Assembly: GCA_045863055.1 (NCBI GenBank)
Contig: BTUW01000010.1
Coordinates: 59,417-123,416 of the forward strand
DNA length: 64,000 nucleotides
Source of the DNA: Chlorobiota bacterium
Lineage (GTDB): Bacteria; Bacteroidota; Ignavibacteria; Ignavibacteriales; Ignavibacteriaceae
Reading direction: 5' to 3'
Part shown: positions 62,515-64,000 of the stretch, piece after piece
How positions within the stretch are numbered: the first letter of the stretch is position 1
How the letters are laid out: every line of letters starts with the position of its first letter
Program-made: the position numbers and the translations under genes
Notes under the pieces: model-generated
What the model was told of the DNA's origin: nothing
Database searches by the model: none
Seen by the model: the letters and a program-made list of their open reading frames with translations, nothing else

Positions 62515-63366
62515 TCAGTCAGCAAGTCTGATCTCCACTAAATCTACTTCGTTTCCATTCAAATATAATACTTTTACGGATTCTTTCGTGACTTCTTTAA
62601 TGATCCCCCCGTTAACCTCATCCCCGGCACGCAGGAATATTCGCTCTTTGAACCTGACATGCCTGAACTCGGCTTCGCCGTTCTTCACATCCCTGAGTTC
62701 GTAGTCATTCAGGTTAACCGATCCCGTTGCTGACACTGCGGCCATCCCTTCGATGAATGGAAGGAAGACATCTATCTGTTCGATAAGACTGTCTGACTGT
62801 ACCTGAAACGGAGGCAGGAAGAAATCATCCGGCTGAAGAGGCACAGAAATTACCATCTCGTAATCTACAAAGGCGACACTTCCCTCAAGCACGCCATAGT
62901 ATCTGATGCTCCCGGTCTTGAACCGCATATAAAGGGGATATTCTTCAATGGCAAGAATGAACCCGGCTATCCCGAGGAAAGAAGCTTTCCCTTTTACCTG
63001 GAAATTCCTGACCTTGAAACCTCCCTTCTGTTCATCTTCCAGTTCGGAGACAGAGAACTTGAACCCTGTTGTTAGCGAAAGCTGGAGGCTGTCGATGAGC
63101 AGCCGCATGTCGCGAAGGGAGATATCGTTGCGGAGATTGTAACGTACTTCCGGGTCAGGCTTCATTGCCGGACCAAGTTTTTTATGTATCGCTCTCATCA
63201 TCACCGGGATATCATCCCCGGCGGAGAGTCCCAGCGAAGCGAATCTCTCCTCGATCCGGTTGCCCGCCGGTATCACAAGCACGAAAGTGATCAGGAGCAG
63301 AACAGCAGCAGCTGAGAGGAAGAGAGTGCCACGGTTGGTAAACTCCAGCAGTTTTTTCACTTCCAT
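62515..63366 (-). CDS. Bitopic membrane protein, PilO/PilP-like (tentative)
   Basis: A single N-terminal TM (GTLFLSAAAVLLLITFVLVI). The C-terminal beta-rich end GDEVNGGIIKEVTKESVKVLYLNGNEV is reminiscent of PilP. Overlaps the upstream ORF by 10 nt. Confidence 0.35.
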   Translation of the reverse strand: MEVKKLLEFTNRGTLFLSAAAVLLLITFVLVIPAGNRIEERFASLGLSAGDDIPVMMRAIHKKLGPAMKPDPEVRYNLRNDISLRDMRLLIDSLQLSLTTGFKFSVSELEDEQKGGFKVRNFQVKGKASFLGIAGFILAIEEYPLYMRFKTGSIRYYGVLEGSVAFVDYEMVISVPLQPDDFFLPPFQVQSDSLIEQIDVFLPFIEGMAAVSATGSVNLNDYELRDVKNGEAEFRHVRFKERIFLRAGDEVNGGIIKEVTKESVKVLYLNGNEVDLVEIRLAD

Positions 63367-64000
63367 CCGGCATCTCCCGGTATCAGCACCCTGAACGAGG
63401 TGTAAACCTCATTCTGCGACTTGAAAATCTCTGTGGAAAGGAGTTGGGCACCTTTTATCCGCTCAACGAGGCCGGATGCCACGCCCGGTGTTTCGGAATA
63501 TCCCTTTACCGTAATGAAGTTTTTCTCTTTAAGGGAGATGGCGGTTATCTGAATATTCGTGTTTTCCGCGTATTCTTCTATAAGCGTTATCAGTTCCGTG
63601 AGCCGTACATATCCTGAATCGAGTTCCCTGAATCCGGATTTACTCTCAGGAATAAGGGGGATCCTTCCACCGTAGGAGGCTACCTCATGAAATATCTGCG
63701 GTTGTTTCCGGCTGAATTCATCGAGTTCACCTTCAGCTCCTGAGAGTATCCACAATCTAACAAGAAAGAATATGAAAACAAAAAGTGCCACACCGAGTGC
63801 TCCTGCGGCGATATTGTTCAGGATAGCGGCTGTGCCGGCTAACCTGTTCCTTTCACTCTTCTCCAGTTCCGGCGGGGTGAGAAGTCCGGGGACCGGCAGC
63901 ACTTCCGCAAGGTACAGTTCTGTAACCATCTCGCAGATATTGTAGATACCCTTCCAAGTTTTTCCGTCGCGGGTGCCTTCCTGCAGGGGGAAGCTCTCGT
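63357..64000 (-). CDS. Membrane protein, PilN-like (tentative); reading frame open to the window edge
   Basis: The track ORF starts at ATG 63929, but the same frame has no stop up to nt 63998 (...ESFPLQEGTRDGKTWKGIYNICE-M...). The protein may therefore be longer or fused to an upstream domain. One TM (ALGVALFVFIFFLVRLWIL). Confidence 0.4.
   Translation of the reverse strand, partial: ESFPLQEGTRDGKTWKGIYNICEMVTELYLAEVLPVPGLLTPPELEKSERNRLAGTAAILNNIAAGALGVALFVFIFFLVRLWILSGAEGELDEFSRKQPQIFHEVASYGGRIPLIPESKSGFRELDSGYVRLTELITLIEEYAENTNIQITAISLKEKNFITVKGYSETPGVASGLVERIKGAQLLSTEIFKSQNEVYTSFRVLIPGDAGWK

Noticed and set aside
1-64000. tRNA, rRNA, tmRNA, RNase P, riboswitch, integrase or transposase signatures
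   Set aside because: I scanned the intergenic regions by eye for T-loop (GGTTCGAAT-like) and other hallmark strings and found none. No ORF shows integrase or transposase motifs. The absence cannot be proven without tRNAscan/Infernal.

Overview
This 64-kb chromosomal window looks like an FCB-group bacterium (Ignavibacteria/Bacteroidota-like). That placement is inferred from six T9SS type-A C-terminal sorting domains and many lipoproteins. I recognise about 56 protein-coding genes and no rRNA, tRNA, CRISPR array, integrase or transposase.

Gene content, left to right:
- a beta-1,3-glucan degradation pair (GH81 and GH128)
- two tandem paralogous secreted proteins
- an AT-rich FG-GAP T9SS cargo gene flanked by near-identical 30-bp direct repeats
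- a lipase gene broken by an in-frame TAG
- YceI and pirin
- GT4 and GT9 glycosyltransferases
- T9SS esterase and M14 carboxypeptidase
- an AMIN-amidase gene split at an A9 tract
- an AT-rich DUF4157-motif protein next to a complete Type I R-M system (hsdM-hsdS-hsdR)
- a UbiA prenyltransferase
- an ECF sigma / ZAS anti-sigma / FmdB / rhodanese operon
- an AlkA-like glycosylase
- a cNMP-binding hyper-acidic kinase that seems to lack its phospho-acceptor His
- miaA and a GT2
- a pentose-phosphate operon (gnd-zwf-pgl-glk plus a fused tal/pgi)
- PhoD, a sugar transferase and two tandem beta-barrel OMPs
- an AT-rich Type II R-M pair
- a redox module: an octaheme T9SS-tagged cytochrome behind a sigma-54-type promoter, a PAS sigma-54 activator, a multi-PAS kinase and a triheme cytochrome
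- a response regulator and PilN/O-like membrane proteins

The least explained signal is non-coding. Most convergent intergenic regions are filled with mosaic repeat elements built from short degenerate words and GC hairpins. Two of these regions (23.2-23.7 kb and 32.2-32.45 kb, inverted) share a colinear module order. Both contain a three-hairpin core whose middle stem differs by compensatory changes.

All functional calls come from motif recognition by eye. No searches or computations were run.
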